Origin: an uncultured Actinomycetes bacterium
Lineage (GTDB): Bacteria; Actinomycetota; UBA4738; HRBIN12
Reading direction: 5' to 3'
Assembly: GCA_963794065.1 (NCBI GenBank)
Contig: CAWCDA010000042.1
Location: 597-64,596 of the forward strand
DNA: 64,000 nucleotides
Shown: positions 18,980 to 27,854 of the stretch, in pieces
Numbering within the stretch: position 1 is the stretch's first letter
Layout: every line of letters begins with the position of its first letter
The notes under the pieces: generated by a model
What the model was told of the DNA's origin: nothing
The model's input: only the letters and a program-made list of their open reading frames with translations
Database searches by the model: none
Position numbers and translations under genes: made by a program

Positions 18980-21382
18980 TTAGACCGGCGCCAGAGTGGC
19001 GAACACGTCGTCCAGGGCCATGTCCGCGGCGCACAGGGTGGTGTCCGCGGCGCCGTAGAAGACGCGGATGTGTCCGTCGCCCAGGTCGATATGGCCGCTG
19101 GGGAAGACCACGTCGTGCAGGAATCCGTCGTGTTCGTAGGGGTGCTCAGGGACCATCAGCGGGCGTGTCGAGCGCGCAAGCACCTTCGTGGGGTCGCCTG
19201 TGTCCAGGAGCAAGGCCCCCATCCCGTAGCGGTTCATCCGGTCGGCGCCGTGGTAGAGCTCGAGCCATCCCTCGTCGGTGCGGATCGGCACGAGGGACGC
19301 GCCGATACGCATCTCGTCCCACATCCGATGCCGCGGCTCGGCCACCGGGCGGTGGCGCCCCCAATGGATCAGGTCCTCGCTCTCGGCGAGCCAGATGCCC
19401 AAGACCCGCCCGAAGGAACCGGGCATCGGCCGGGTGAACGACAGGTACTTCCCACCCACCTTTTCGGGGAACAGGATCACGTCCTTCTGATCCGGATGCA
19501 GCATCGTGCCCTGCCGGTCGAACGTCCGGAAGTCCGTGGTGGTCATCCGGGCCGTCGTGATCCCTAGGCGGCTGGCGGCCACGTACGTGATGTGGAAGAC
19601 ACCGTCGATCTCGGTGATCCGAGGGTCTTCGACGCCGTATTCCTCCATCGAGTCCATCGGGTGGATCGCCACGTCCGGGTCGAGCGTGAAATGCACGCCG
19701 TCGGGGCTGCGCGCGACGCGCAGGTGCGAGATGTGCGACAGGTAGTCGGTGAACTCGTCCTGGCCGGGGGTGAAGCCGCCGGCGGTGTTGCGGTAGCGGA
19801 TCGTCCGCGGGTCGGAGAGGTCGAGGCCGGGCAGATCGCGTGGCACGTAGCCGAGCACCACCTGCGGCGGCTCCCGATCGCAGTCGAAATAGGCCATGCC
19901 GATCAGTTGCTCGCGATGCAGTCCGCTCGGCATGGGCGCGAGGCGGGGCACCGGGCCGGAGAGGTCGATCATCTGCGCCTCGGAGGAGAGCTCCACGTCG
20001 GCGCGAGGTCGCTCGGCGACGCGCACGAGCAGCACGGTTTCGTCGCCAACCTGCGCGACGCCCGGGTTGATCGTGGAGATCACCTCGAACCCGGGTTGCG
20101 ACGGCGTCAGATCGTCCGGGCTGATCAGTGGGTTGGACTTGAGCCGGTGGGCGATCTGCAGCGGCGCCTTGTCGTCCTTGCCCTTCTTGGTCTTGGGGAC
20201 GTGCTCGTCGACCAGCTCCTGCATCGCCGACAGGAACCGGGCCCCGGTCTTTGGCCACGTCGCCTGGTTGGCGTACGTGTAGGCGTTCTTCTCCAGGCGC
20301 GCCTTACGCTTGGGGTCGTCCAGGATCGCGTTGACTGCCTCGGCGATCGATTCGGCCGAGCGGAACTCGACCAAGATGCCGCGATCCTTGGCCAGCGCCT
20401 CCTGCGCGTGGAGGTACGGGGTCGACACCACGGCCTTCCCGGCGCCGAGCGCGTAGGACAAGGTGCCGCTCGTGATCTGGTTCGGATCGAGGTAGGGCGT
20501 CACGTAGACGTCGGTCGCGAGCAGGTACTCGATGATGTCCTTCTGATCGAGGTACTGGTTCACGAACGAGACGTGATCGGTCAGCTCGAGCTCGTCCACG
20601 AGAGATTGCAGTCGGTTGCGGTACTCCTCTCCGCGTTGCTTCAGCAGCTCCGGGTGGGTCTGGCCCGCGATCAAGTACAGCGCCTCGGGATGGCGCGCGG
20701 CCACCGCCGGCATCGCCTCGATCGCGTACTCGAGGCCCTTGCCCGGACCGACGAGACCGAACGTGGAGACGATCGTGCGTCCGTCGAGGCCGAGCTTGGC
20801 CTTGAGGCGACGGCGCCCCTTCGGCTCGATATGCGGCATCCCGTGTGGGATGACGAGCGGCCGCTCCTTGATCCCGTAGTCCCGATCCAGGATGTCGACC
20901 GCGGTCTCGGCCATCACCACCAACCCGTGGGCGGTCTCCGCGATGGCGCGGACCGCCTCGCGGATCGCCGGGGAGGGGTCCGGCAGCACCGTGTGCATGT
21001 TGACCAGCGCCGGCTTCTTCAGCTCCTCGAGGAAAGGCGTGAGGTGGTCCTCGTACATGCCCTCGATCCAGTGATCGCCGACGAAGCCGCCGCCCTTCCA
21101 CAGGCCGTAGAGGCCGAACTCGTGTTGGACGCAGACGATCTCGGCGTTGGATCGGTCGATCTCGCGTGCGGCGGCGCGGTAGGGAAGAGCGCTGCCCTGC
21201 TTGATCCTCCAGCGGACCTCGCTGCCGTAGGCGCGCACGGAGTTGCGCTCATCGATCGCGGCGACGCGGGCCTGCGTGCCGGAGTCGGCCTCGCGCACGG
21301 CACCGATCAGATCGGCGGTGAACGTGGCGATGCCGCACCGGCGCGGCGGATAGGTGGAGACGAACGCGACCCGCATGAACAC
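18980..21382 (-). CDS. Bifunctional fusion of GT4 glycosyltransferase (N-terminal, about 400 aa) and GH130 beta-mannoside phosphorylase/hydrolase (C-terminal, about 330 aa).
   Basis: N-terminal MRVAFVSTYPPRRCGIATF and EALYLIAGQTHPEL...VVSTPYLHAQE (GT4 GT-B fold). C-terminal GH130 hallmarks (EDPRITEIDGVFHITYVAAS, MGALLLDTGDPTKVLARS, IRVFYGAADT). The true start is probably the third codon, at 21376. Confidence 0.75.
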   Translation of the reverse strand: MFMRVAFVSTYPPRRCGIATFTADLIGAVREADSGTQARVAAIDERNSVRAYGSEVRWRIKQGSALPYRAAAREIDRSNAEIVCVQHEFGLYGLWKGGGFVGDHWIEGMYEDHLTPFLEELKKPALVNMHTVLPDPSPAIREAVRAIAETAHGLVVMAETAVDILDRDYGIKERPLVIPHGMPHIEPKGRRRLKAKLGLDGRTIVSTFGLVGPGKGLEYAIEAMPAVAARHPEALYLIAGQTHPELLKQRGEEYRNRLQSLVDELELTDHVSFVNQYLDQKDIIEYLLATDVYVTPYLDPNQITSGTLSYALGAGKAVVSTPYLHAQEALAKDRGILVEFRSAESIAEAVNAILDDPKRKARLEKNAYTYANQATWPKTGARFLSAMQELVDEHVPKTKKGKDDKAPLQIAHRLKSNPLISPDDLTPSQPGFEVISTINPGVAQVGDETVLLVRVAERPRADVELSSEAQMIDLSGPVPRLAPMPSGLHREQLIGMAYFDCDREPPQVVLGYVPRDLPGLDLSDPRTIRYRNTAGGFTPGQDEFTDYLSHISHLRVARSPDGVHFTLDPDVAIHPMDSMEEYGVEDPRITEIDGVFHITYVAASRLGITTARMTTTDFRTFDRQGTMLHPDQKDVILFPEKVGGKYLSFTRPMPGSFGRVLGIWLAESEDLIHWGRHRPVAEPRHRMWDEMRIGASLVPIRTDEGWLELYHGADRMNRYGMGALLLDTGDPTKVLARSTRPLMVPEHPYEHDGFLHDVVFPSGHIDLGDGHIRVFYGAADTTLCAADMALDDVFATLAPV

Positions 21383-21437
21383 CTAGCCTACCTACCCTGG
21401 CCGCGTTGAGCCGTCGCCTCCCGTCTACGCTGAGCAG

Positions 21438-22478
21438 GTGTCGACCGTCTATGACCTCAGCCTCGAGCAGCTCAGCGACCGTCTGGTCGCGTGGGGCGAG
21501 CCGGCCTTCCGCGCCAAACAGGTGTGGCGGCAGCTGTGGACTCGCGCAGCGACCTACGAGCAGATGCCCGAGGTTCCCGCCGAGTTGCGGGAACGGCTCG
21601 CGGGAGACCTCCCACTCGGGGTAGAGGTCCTCGATGAGCGCACGGCCGATCGCGGAGCGACCCGCAAGGCACTGCTCAAGCTTGGCGGCCAGCACATCGT
21701 CGAGGCGGTGCTGATGGGGTATCCCGACCGCGTCACCGTCTGCATCTCGTCGCAGGCCGGCTGCGCGATGGGGTGCACGTTCTGCGCGACCGGCCAGATG
21801 GGTTTACAGAACAACCTGACCGCCGGTGAGATCGCGGCGCAGGCCGTGTGGGCGCGACGCGAGGCCGCGAACCTGCCCGACTCGACGCCGCAGCGCCTGA
21901 CGAACGTCGTGTTCATGGGTATGGGGGAGCCGTTCGCCAACCAGCGTCACGTCTTCGACGCGCTCGCACGGCTGATCGACCCGGGGACGTTCGGGCTGGG
22001 CGCACGGCACATCACGCTCTCGACCGTCGGCATCGTCCCCGGGATCCGGCACCTGGCCGAGCGGTTCCCGCAGGTGGGGCTTGCGGTCAGCTTCCATGCC
22101 GCGAGCGACTCGCTGCGCGACCAGCTCGTGCCGCCGAACGAGCGCTATCCGCTCGCGAAGCTGGAGGACGCGATCGCGGCCTGGCGCGCGATCACCCACC
22201 GGCGTCCCTCGATCGAGTGGGCGCTGATCGACCGCGTGAACGACACGGCCGAGCAGGCGGAGTTGCTCGCGCCGATCGCGCGACGTCTCGGCGCTCACAT
22301 CAATCTGATCCCGCTCAATCCGACACCCGGGTACCCCGTGCTCGGGTCGCCGCCGGCGCGGATCAAACGGTTCGTGCAGACCCTGGAGCTGCTCGGCGCG
22401 AACGTCACCGTCCGCGACACGCGTGGCCGCTCGATCGACGCCGCGTGTGGGCAGCTCGCGCTCGCGGCGACGACCTGA
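21438..22478 (+). CDS. rlmN: 23S rRNA/tRNA (adenine-C2)-methyltransferase, radical SAM.
   Basis: GTG start. Radical SAM CxxxCxxC motif (GCAMGCTFCATGQMG). MGMGEP and NLIPLNP motifs. 346 aa. Confidence 0.9.
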   Translation: MSTVYDLSLEQLSDRLVAWGEPAFRAKQVWRQLWTRAATYEQMPEVPAELRERLAGDLPLGVEVLDERTADRGATRKALLKLGGQHIVEAVLMGYPDRVTVCISSQAGCAMGCTFCATGQMGLQNNLTAGEIAAQAVWARREAANLPDSTPQRLTNVVFMGMGEPFANQRHVFDALARLIDPGTFGLGARHITLSTVGIVPGIRHLAERFPQVGLAVSFHAASDSLRDQLVPPNERYPLAKLEDAIAAWRAITHRRPSIEWALIDRVNDTAEQAELLAPIARRLGAHINLIPLNPTPGYPVLGSPPARIKRFVQTLELLGANVTVRDTRGRSIDAACGQLALAATT

Positions 22479-22479
22479 G

Positions 22480-22845
22480 TCAGTCGCGTTTCCGCGCCTC
22501 GACCTCCGCCAAGCGCGCCTTGACGATCCGCTTGACGAGGGTAACGGGCAGCCGCTCGTCGTAGGCGAAGCGGATCGTGCCCTTCCCCGTCGCGCGGGCT
22601 CCGAGCGCCTCGAGGTTGTCGGCGACCACCTGCTTGCTCATCGGGAACAAGCTGTAGTGGTCCTTGAAGGCCGCGTAGCACACCAGGCCCTTGCCGTCGT
22701 GCTTGAAGGCGGCCATCGAGTAGCTGATCCCTTCGGTCGCATCCGGCGCTGCGGCGTGGATCGCGGTTCGCAACGCGTCGAGCGCCGTTCGCTGCTCCGG
22801 CATGAGCGAGGCCAGATACGCCTCGACACTCGCGGGCCGCTCCAT
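22480..22845 (-). CDS. DUF1801 (YdhG-like) domain protein.
   Basis: 121 aa. PEQRTALDALRTAIHAAAPDATEGISYSMAAFKHDGKGLVCYAAFKDHYSLFP matches the DUF1801 pattern. Last gene of the MttB operon. Confidence 0.65.
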   Translation of the reverse strand: MERPASVEAYLASLMPEQRTALDALRTAIHAAAPDATEGISYSMAAFKHDGKGLVCYAAFKDHYSLFPMSKQVVADNLEALGARATGKGTIRFAYDERLPVTLVKRIVKARLAEVEARKRD

Positions 22846-22847
22846 GT

Positions 22848-24296
22848 TCAGTGTTCCTCTTCGGGCTCGGGCTCGGCCTTGCGTCGGTCGATGAAGGATC
22901 GCAGCTCCTCGTCCGTGGCTTCGTCGATGCCGGGATCCTCATAGGAGTCAAGGAGCTGCTTCCAGCGGCGGTTCGCCCGGATGTCCGCCGTCTCGCCACC
23001 CGCCGCCGTCCATGACGTGAAGTCGTTCGTGGTGAACAGCGGGGACATGTACTGGAACTCCTTGAAGTGCTGCATCGTGTGGTCGGCGGCAAGCCACAGC
23101 CCACCCGGCCCGACCTCCGAGAGCGCGTCGAAGGCAAACTCCTCCTCGCTGAAGCCGATCCCGTGCTGATGCACCTGGAGTTGCTCCAACAGCTCGACGT
23201 CGAGTGCGAACTTCTCCAGCGATGCCGTCAGCCCGCCTTCCAGCCATCCGGCGGCGTGCAAAACGACGTCGGTGCCTGCCAGGACCGTCGCCCACAACAT
23301 GAACGCCGACTCGGCCGCGGCCTGTGCGTCGACCGCGTTCGAGGAACACAACCCGCCGCCGCCGCGGAACGGCAACCCGTAGCGGCGCGCCAGCTGGGCG
23401 CCCGCGAAGACCCCGAACACCGACTCCGGCGTGCCCAGCGCCGGCGCCCCCGTGCGCATGTCGGTGGCCTGGAAGAACGATCCGTACAGACATGGCGCTC
23501 CCGGGCGGACGGTCTGTGCGATCGCGATGCCCGACAATGTCTCGGCAACCTGCTGGGCCAGGCCGCCGGCAACGCTGACCGGCGCGGTCGCCCCCCCGAG
23601 GAGGAACGGTGTGACGATCGTCGCCTGGTTGGACTCCGCCCAGGCGATCATCGCGTCGACCATCCGGAAGTCCCACGTCAGCGGGCTCAGCGAGTTGACG
23701 ACGCCCATCAACAGCGTGCGGTCCTCGATGTCGCCGCCATGCAGGATCCGCGCCATCTCGATCCCGTCGCGCGCCTTCGGCCCGCTCGTGCCGTAGGTCG
23801 TATACGGCAGGTCCGACCATCGGATCGTGGAGTACTCCATGTCGAGATGGCGGGTGTGCACCGGCATCTTGACGGGCTCGCACGCACCGGTCTGGGCGCA
23901 GTTCAGTGGCGCGGCGGCCTGCGTGAGCTTGATGATCTGATCGTGTCCCTCGAGGAAGCCGTTGCGGCGCCCCTCATCCAGGTCCGAGAAGAACGGCGGC
24001 CCACCGACGCCCATCCACAAGGGGGTGCCTCCGCCGACCTCCACGGTGTTGGCGGTCTTGCGCGCGTGCAGCGTGAACGTGTGCGGCGCCTTCGCGAGTT
24101 GTTCCATCACGAAGCCGCGGTCGAAGTACACGCGGTTGCCGTCCACCTTCTGCCCGGCGGCGGCGAGCAGCGCCCGGCCCTCGTCATGGATCACGTCGAG
24201 GCCGATCTTTTCGAGGATGCGCATCGCGTACGCGTGCACCTGCTCCTCCTGCTCCTCGTTCATGAGACGAGGAGCGCGTTCAGGGTCGTACAACAT
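22848..24296 (-). CDS. MttB-superfamily (trimethylamine methyltransferase-like) corrinoid-dependent methyltransferase, non-pyrrolysine type (quaternary-amine substrate such as glycine betaine or carnitine likely).
   Basis: 482 aa, uninterrupted (no in-frame amber codon). TIM-barrel MttB-family conservation throughout. Confidence 0.8.
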   Translation of the reverse strand: MLYDPERAPRLMNEEQEEQVHAYAMRILEKIGLDVIHDEGRALLAAAGQKVDGNRVYFDRGFVMEQLAKAPHTFTLHARKTANTVEVGGGTPLWMGVGGPPFFSDLDEGRRNGFLEGHDQIIKLTQAAAPLNCAQTGACEPVKMPVHTRHLDMEYSTIRWSDLPYTTYGTSGPKARDGIEMARILHGGDIEDRTLLMGVVNSLSPLTWDFRMVDAMIAWAESNQATIVTPFLLGGATAPVSVAGGLAQQVAETLSGIAIAQTVRPGAPCLYGSFFQATDMRTGAPALGTPESVFGVFAGAQLARRYGLPFRGGGGLCSSNAVDAQAAAESAFMLWATVLAGTDVVLHAAGWLEGGLTASLEKFALDVELLEQLQVHQHGIGFSEEEFAFDALSEVGPGGLWLAADHTMQHFKEFQYMSPLFTTNDFTSWTAAGGETADIRANRRWKQLLDSYEDPGIDEATDEELRSFIDRRKAEPEPEEEH

Positions 24297-24906
24297 GGGC
24301 GTCCTCCAGGTCCGTCGGCTCGAGGAGCGGGGTCAACAGGTCATCGAGCGGCGCGATCCCGAGGTCGTGGATCTCCAGGGGCAGCTCCATGTAGGTCGCG
24401 ATCTCCCGGGCCTTCTCCTCGCGCTCCGGATCGGCGTGTTGTCGCACGAACAGCACCCTCGTGAGATTGCCGAAGTAGGTCTCGCGGAGCCACGGGAACC
24501 GATCCAGACCGAGTCCCTTGATCACGGCGCGATCCCAGTTCATGACGAGCCAGTCGGTCAAGAAGTAGATCCCGTAGTCCTCGTCGAACCGCTTGAAGAG
24601 ATCCCCGGCGTACCACTGGAAGCAATGCACGCCGGCCGGGCGGACAGCGGGGTACCGAGCCAACACCGCGTCCAGACGGCCGCCGGTGCCACAGTCCCCA
24701 TACACGACGACGATCCGGTCGTACAGCGGCAGCAGCTTCTGGATCTTCTCCTCGACCGCCGGACCGATCTCGATCGGAGTCATGTGCAGGTCTGCGGAGA
24801 TCCCGTGCACGTCGGCGTTCCACCCGTGCCGCGCGACGAGCGCGGCGGTGTCCTTCGCGACGGCGCCACACGCGATCACTGCGACGCGGGCGTCCGTGCG
24901 CGTCAC
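24280..24906 (-). CDS. DUF1638 domain protein (associated with corrinoid methyltransferase clusters).
   Basis: The GTG at 24906 is coupled (GTGA) to the RACo stop. 208 aa (MTRTDARVAVIACGAVAKD...VVVYGDCGTGG...). No B12-binding DxHxxG motif. Confidence 0.6.
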   Translation of the reverse strand: MTRTDARVAVIACGAVAKDTAALVARHGWNADVHGISADLHMTPIEIGPAVEEKIQKLLPLYDRIVVVYGDCGTGGRLDAVLARYPAVRPAGVHCFQWYAGDLFKRFDEDYGIYFLTDWLVMNWDRAVIKGLGLDRFPWLRETYFGNLTRVLFVRQHADPEREEKAREIATYMELPLEIHDLGIAPLDDLLTPLLEPTDLEDAHVVRP

Positions 24907-26781
24907 CCCGTCGCCTCCCCGGCGGGGACCGCCACGTCGAGGTCGGGCAGCGTCTCGAGCGGGGGCAGCCCGAGGTTTCCGATGAACCGGTCGTTGAAAT
25001 CCTCCACGCCAGACAGCTCGATGTACTCGACGATGCCCGGGATCTCCCAGGCGACCTCGCGTTCGCGGAACGACATCAGGGCCATCTTGGCACCCTCGCT
25101 GGCGGTGTTGCCGACGGCCTTGATCTTGTCGACCGTCACCGGGGGCACCAGCCCGATCACCTGGGCGCTCCGAGGGTTGATGTAGGAGCCGAACGAGCCG
25201 GCCAGCATGACCTCGTCGAGGTCTTGGGCTACGAGGCCCATCGCACGCATCGCGGTCTCGATCCCGGTGGAGATCGCGCCCTTCGCGAACTGCAACGCCC
25301 GCACGTCGGACTGCGTGAGCACGACGTCGCCGCACAGCCGGAACGCGCGAACCTCCTCGCGCATCACGAGGTGTTCGGCGAGTGGGTGCCCGGTGGCTTC
25401 GGCGTCCTTCCGCGTCACCATCTTGCCGCCGTCATCGATCAGTCCGACGAGCCGGAGCTGCGCGACGATGTCGATCAGCCCGGAGCCGCAGATGCCGCGG
25501 GGCTCGACGTCTCCACCGATCACCTGTAACTCGATCTCCCCGTTCGTCAGCACGACACCCTCGATCGCGCCTTCGGTTGCGCGCATCCCGAACAGGATCT
25601 CGCCGCCCTCGAACGCGGGCCCGGCCGGCGCGGCAGTCGCGACGGAACGTTCGGCGTTGCCGCAGGCGATCTCCCCGTTCGTGCCCACGTCGACGAGCAG
25701 ACGCGTCTCCGGGTCGCGCACGAGCCCGGTCGCCACGATGTCCGCGACGATGTCCGCCCCCACATAGGCGCCGATCGAGGGGTAGATCGCGACCCATCCG
25801 AGCGGGTGCATCGAGAAGCCGAGCTGATCGGCGCGCACATCCTGTGGATCCGTGAACGTGGCCACGTAGGGCGCGAGCGCGATCGACTCGGGGTTCACGC
25901 CGAGCAGCAAGGACATCATGGTCGCGTTGCCGGCGACGACGGCCTCGTAGATCTCCTCCGGCTTGACCTCGGCCTCTTCCTGGACTCGGCCGAGGAGCTC
26001 GTTCACGGTCTCGAGCGCGGCGGTTTGGAGCTGGTCGATGTTCTCCTGCCCGTGCATCGCCTTCGCCATCCGGGCGATCACGTCGGCGCCGTAGGAGGCC
26101 TGGTGGTTGATCGTGGAGGCGACCGCGACGGTCGCCCCGTTGCGGAGGTCGACCAGGGTGCACACGCACGTCGTCGTCCCGATATCGAAGCTCGCGCCGA
26201 ACATGCGCTCGCGGGTGTCGCCCTCCTCGCAGTCGACGAGATACTCGCCGACCAGCGTCGCCGTCACGGTGGAGCCGTTGCGGAACGCCTCCGCGATCTT
26301 GGGGAGCACCTCCCAGTCGTGGTTGCGGGTGTAGCCCGCTTCCTCGATGGCATCCATGACGCGGCGCAGATGGGAACGGTGGTCCTCGAGTCGAGGGGGG
26401 CGACAGTTCGAGGAAGAGTTTGACGACGTTCGGTTCGAGCAACACGAACCGGCCGACCCCCATCGTGGCGGCCTTCGGCATCTTCAGCAGCCGCGGCACG
26501 TCGACCGTCATGGGGCCGTTGATCGGACACTGGCACGACAGACGCCAGCCGTCCTCGAGCTTGTCCGCGAGATGGCGGTAGTCGGCAAGCGACAACTCGG
26601 CCTCGCCGTCGAGGATCTGGACGCTGCACTTCCCACACGTGCCGCGCCCGCCGCAGGTCGACTCGATCGGCAGCCCGGCCCAGTGGGCCGCGTTGAACAG
26701 GGTCGTCCCGCCCGGCACCCGAACGGTCTTGCCGCTCGGGAGATAGGTGACCTCGATCTTGGCGCCCGTCTCCGTCGCCAT
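24903..26781 (-). pseudogene. Reductive activator of corrinoid proteins (RACo/RamA-like). An N-terminal [2Fe-2S] ferredoxin domain plus an ASKHA ATPase domain, interrupted by a frameshift in a G6 homopolymer (26395-26400).
   Basis: Ferredoxin domain from ATG 26781 (MATETGAKIEV...CGGRGTCGKCSV...LELSPPS). The ASKHA domain continues in the +1 frame from the conserved RLEDHRSHLRRVMDAIEEAGY... Removing one G restores ELSPPRLEDHRS. The intact product would be 625 aa. Confidence 0.8.
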
Positions 26782-27656
26782 CAAACGGTCGCCGCCTCCA
26801 ACTCGGCCCGGTGATCGCGGATCCATTCCACGCCGTACTCGTCGTGCCCGAGGAGAAGGTCGGAGGCGAGGATCGCCTTCTTCACCGGGCGGTGCAGCGG
26901 GTTCGTGATGGCCGTGTTCATACCCGCTGCGATCATGAGCGTGAGGAACGTCGCGTCGATCTCGTGGCGGCCGGGCATGCCGAAGCTGATGTTGGATGCC
27001 CCGCAGGACAGGTTCACACCGAGCTCGTCGCGGATGCGCTGGATCGTGCGCCGCATCGCCGTCCCGGCGTCGGGTGCGGCGCCGATCGGCATCGCGAGCG
27101 GATCGATGATCACATCGGCCCGGTCGATCCCGTGCTTCTCGGCGTTCTCGACGACCTTCGCCGCCGCGGCGAAGCGCTCGTCGGGGTCCATCGAGATCCC
27201 CGTCTCGTCGTTGGCCATGCCGATGACGGCCGCGCCGTGCGCGGCGACGAGCGGCAGGAGGCGGTCCATCGAGTGCTGTTCGGCCGTGACGGAGTTGATC
27301 AGTACCTTGCCGCCCGCGAGCGGCACGCCGGCCTCGAGCGCTTCGGGCGTCGAGGAGTCGATGCAGATCGGCGCGTCGACCAGATCGTTGACGATCCGCA
27401 CCATGTCGCACAGCATCGCCACTTCGTCGAAGCCCGGGATGCCCGCGTTGAGGTCAAGCACGCGGGCTCCGGCCGCGACTTGGGCGATGGCGTCGCTCCG
27501 GACGGTGTCGTAGTTGCCCTGCTTGAGTTCTTCGGCCAGTTTCTTGCGGCCGGTCGGGTTGATGCGCTCGCCGATGATCACGAAGCGATGCGCATCACCG
27601 ATCGTCACCGCACTGCCCGCGTGCGATCGCAGGACGGTCTCCGCTATCTCGCTCAC
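26781..27656 (-). CDS. Pterin-binding (MtrH/DHPS-like) methyltetrahydrofolate:corrinoid methyltransferase.
   Basis: GTG 27656 preceded by GGGAG. Pterin-binding fold motifs (FVIIGERINPTGRKKL, LDLNAG, CIDSS, GGKVLINSV, GASNISFG). Its stop overlaps the RACo start (TGATG). Confidence 0.8.
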   Translation of the reverse strand: MSEIAETVLRSHAGSAVTIGDAHRFVIIGERINPTGRKKLAEELKQGNYDTVRSDAIAQVAAGARVLDLNAGIPGFDEVAMLCDMVRIVNDLVDAPICIDSSTPEALEAGVPLAGGKVLINSVTAEQHSMDRLLPLVAAHGAAVIGMANDETGISMDPDERFAAAAKVVENAEKHGIDRADVIIDPLAMPIGAAPDAGTAMRRTIQRIRDELGVNLSCGASNISFGMPGRHEIDATFLTLMIAAGMNTAITNPLHRPVKKAILASDLLLGHDEYGVEWIRDHRAELEAATV

Positions 27657-27854
27657 TGAATGCTCCCGATGTCGGTGGGTGGGGGATGTCCGCGCTACCT
27701 TGCCAGCGGTGCTCTCGCCCTCGGTAATCGGCGATCCCGCCGGTTCCAGGACTGACCAACGGTCAATCACGAGAGGTCGGCGGATGTGTCAGCGAGGATA
27801 GAGCCGCAGGCCGGAGGGGGGAATGGAGAATAAGCGCCGTTCAGTGACCGCAGG

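Noticed and set aside
22848-24296. Possible pyrrolysine-containing (amber-interrupted) MttB
   Set aside because: The reading frame is uninterrupted across the conserved region, so this is a non-Pyl MttB-superfamily member.
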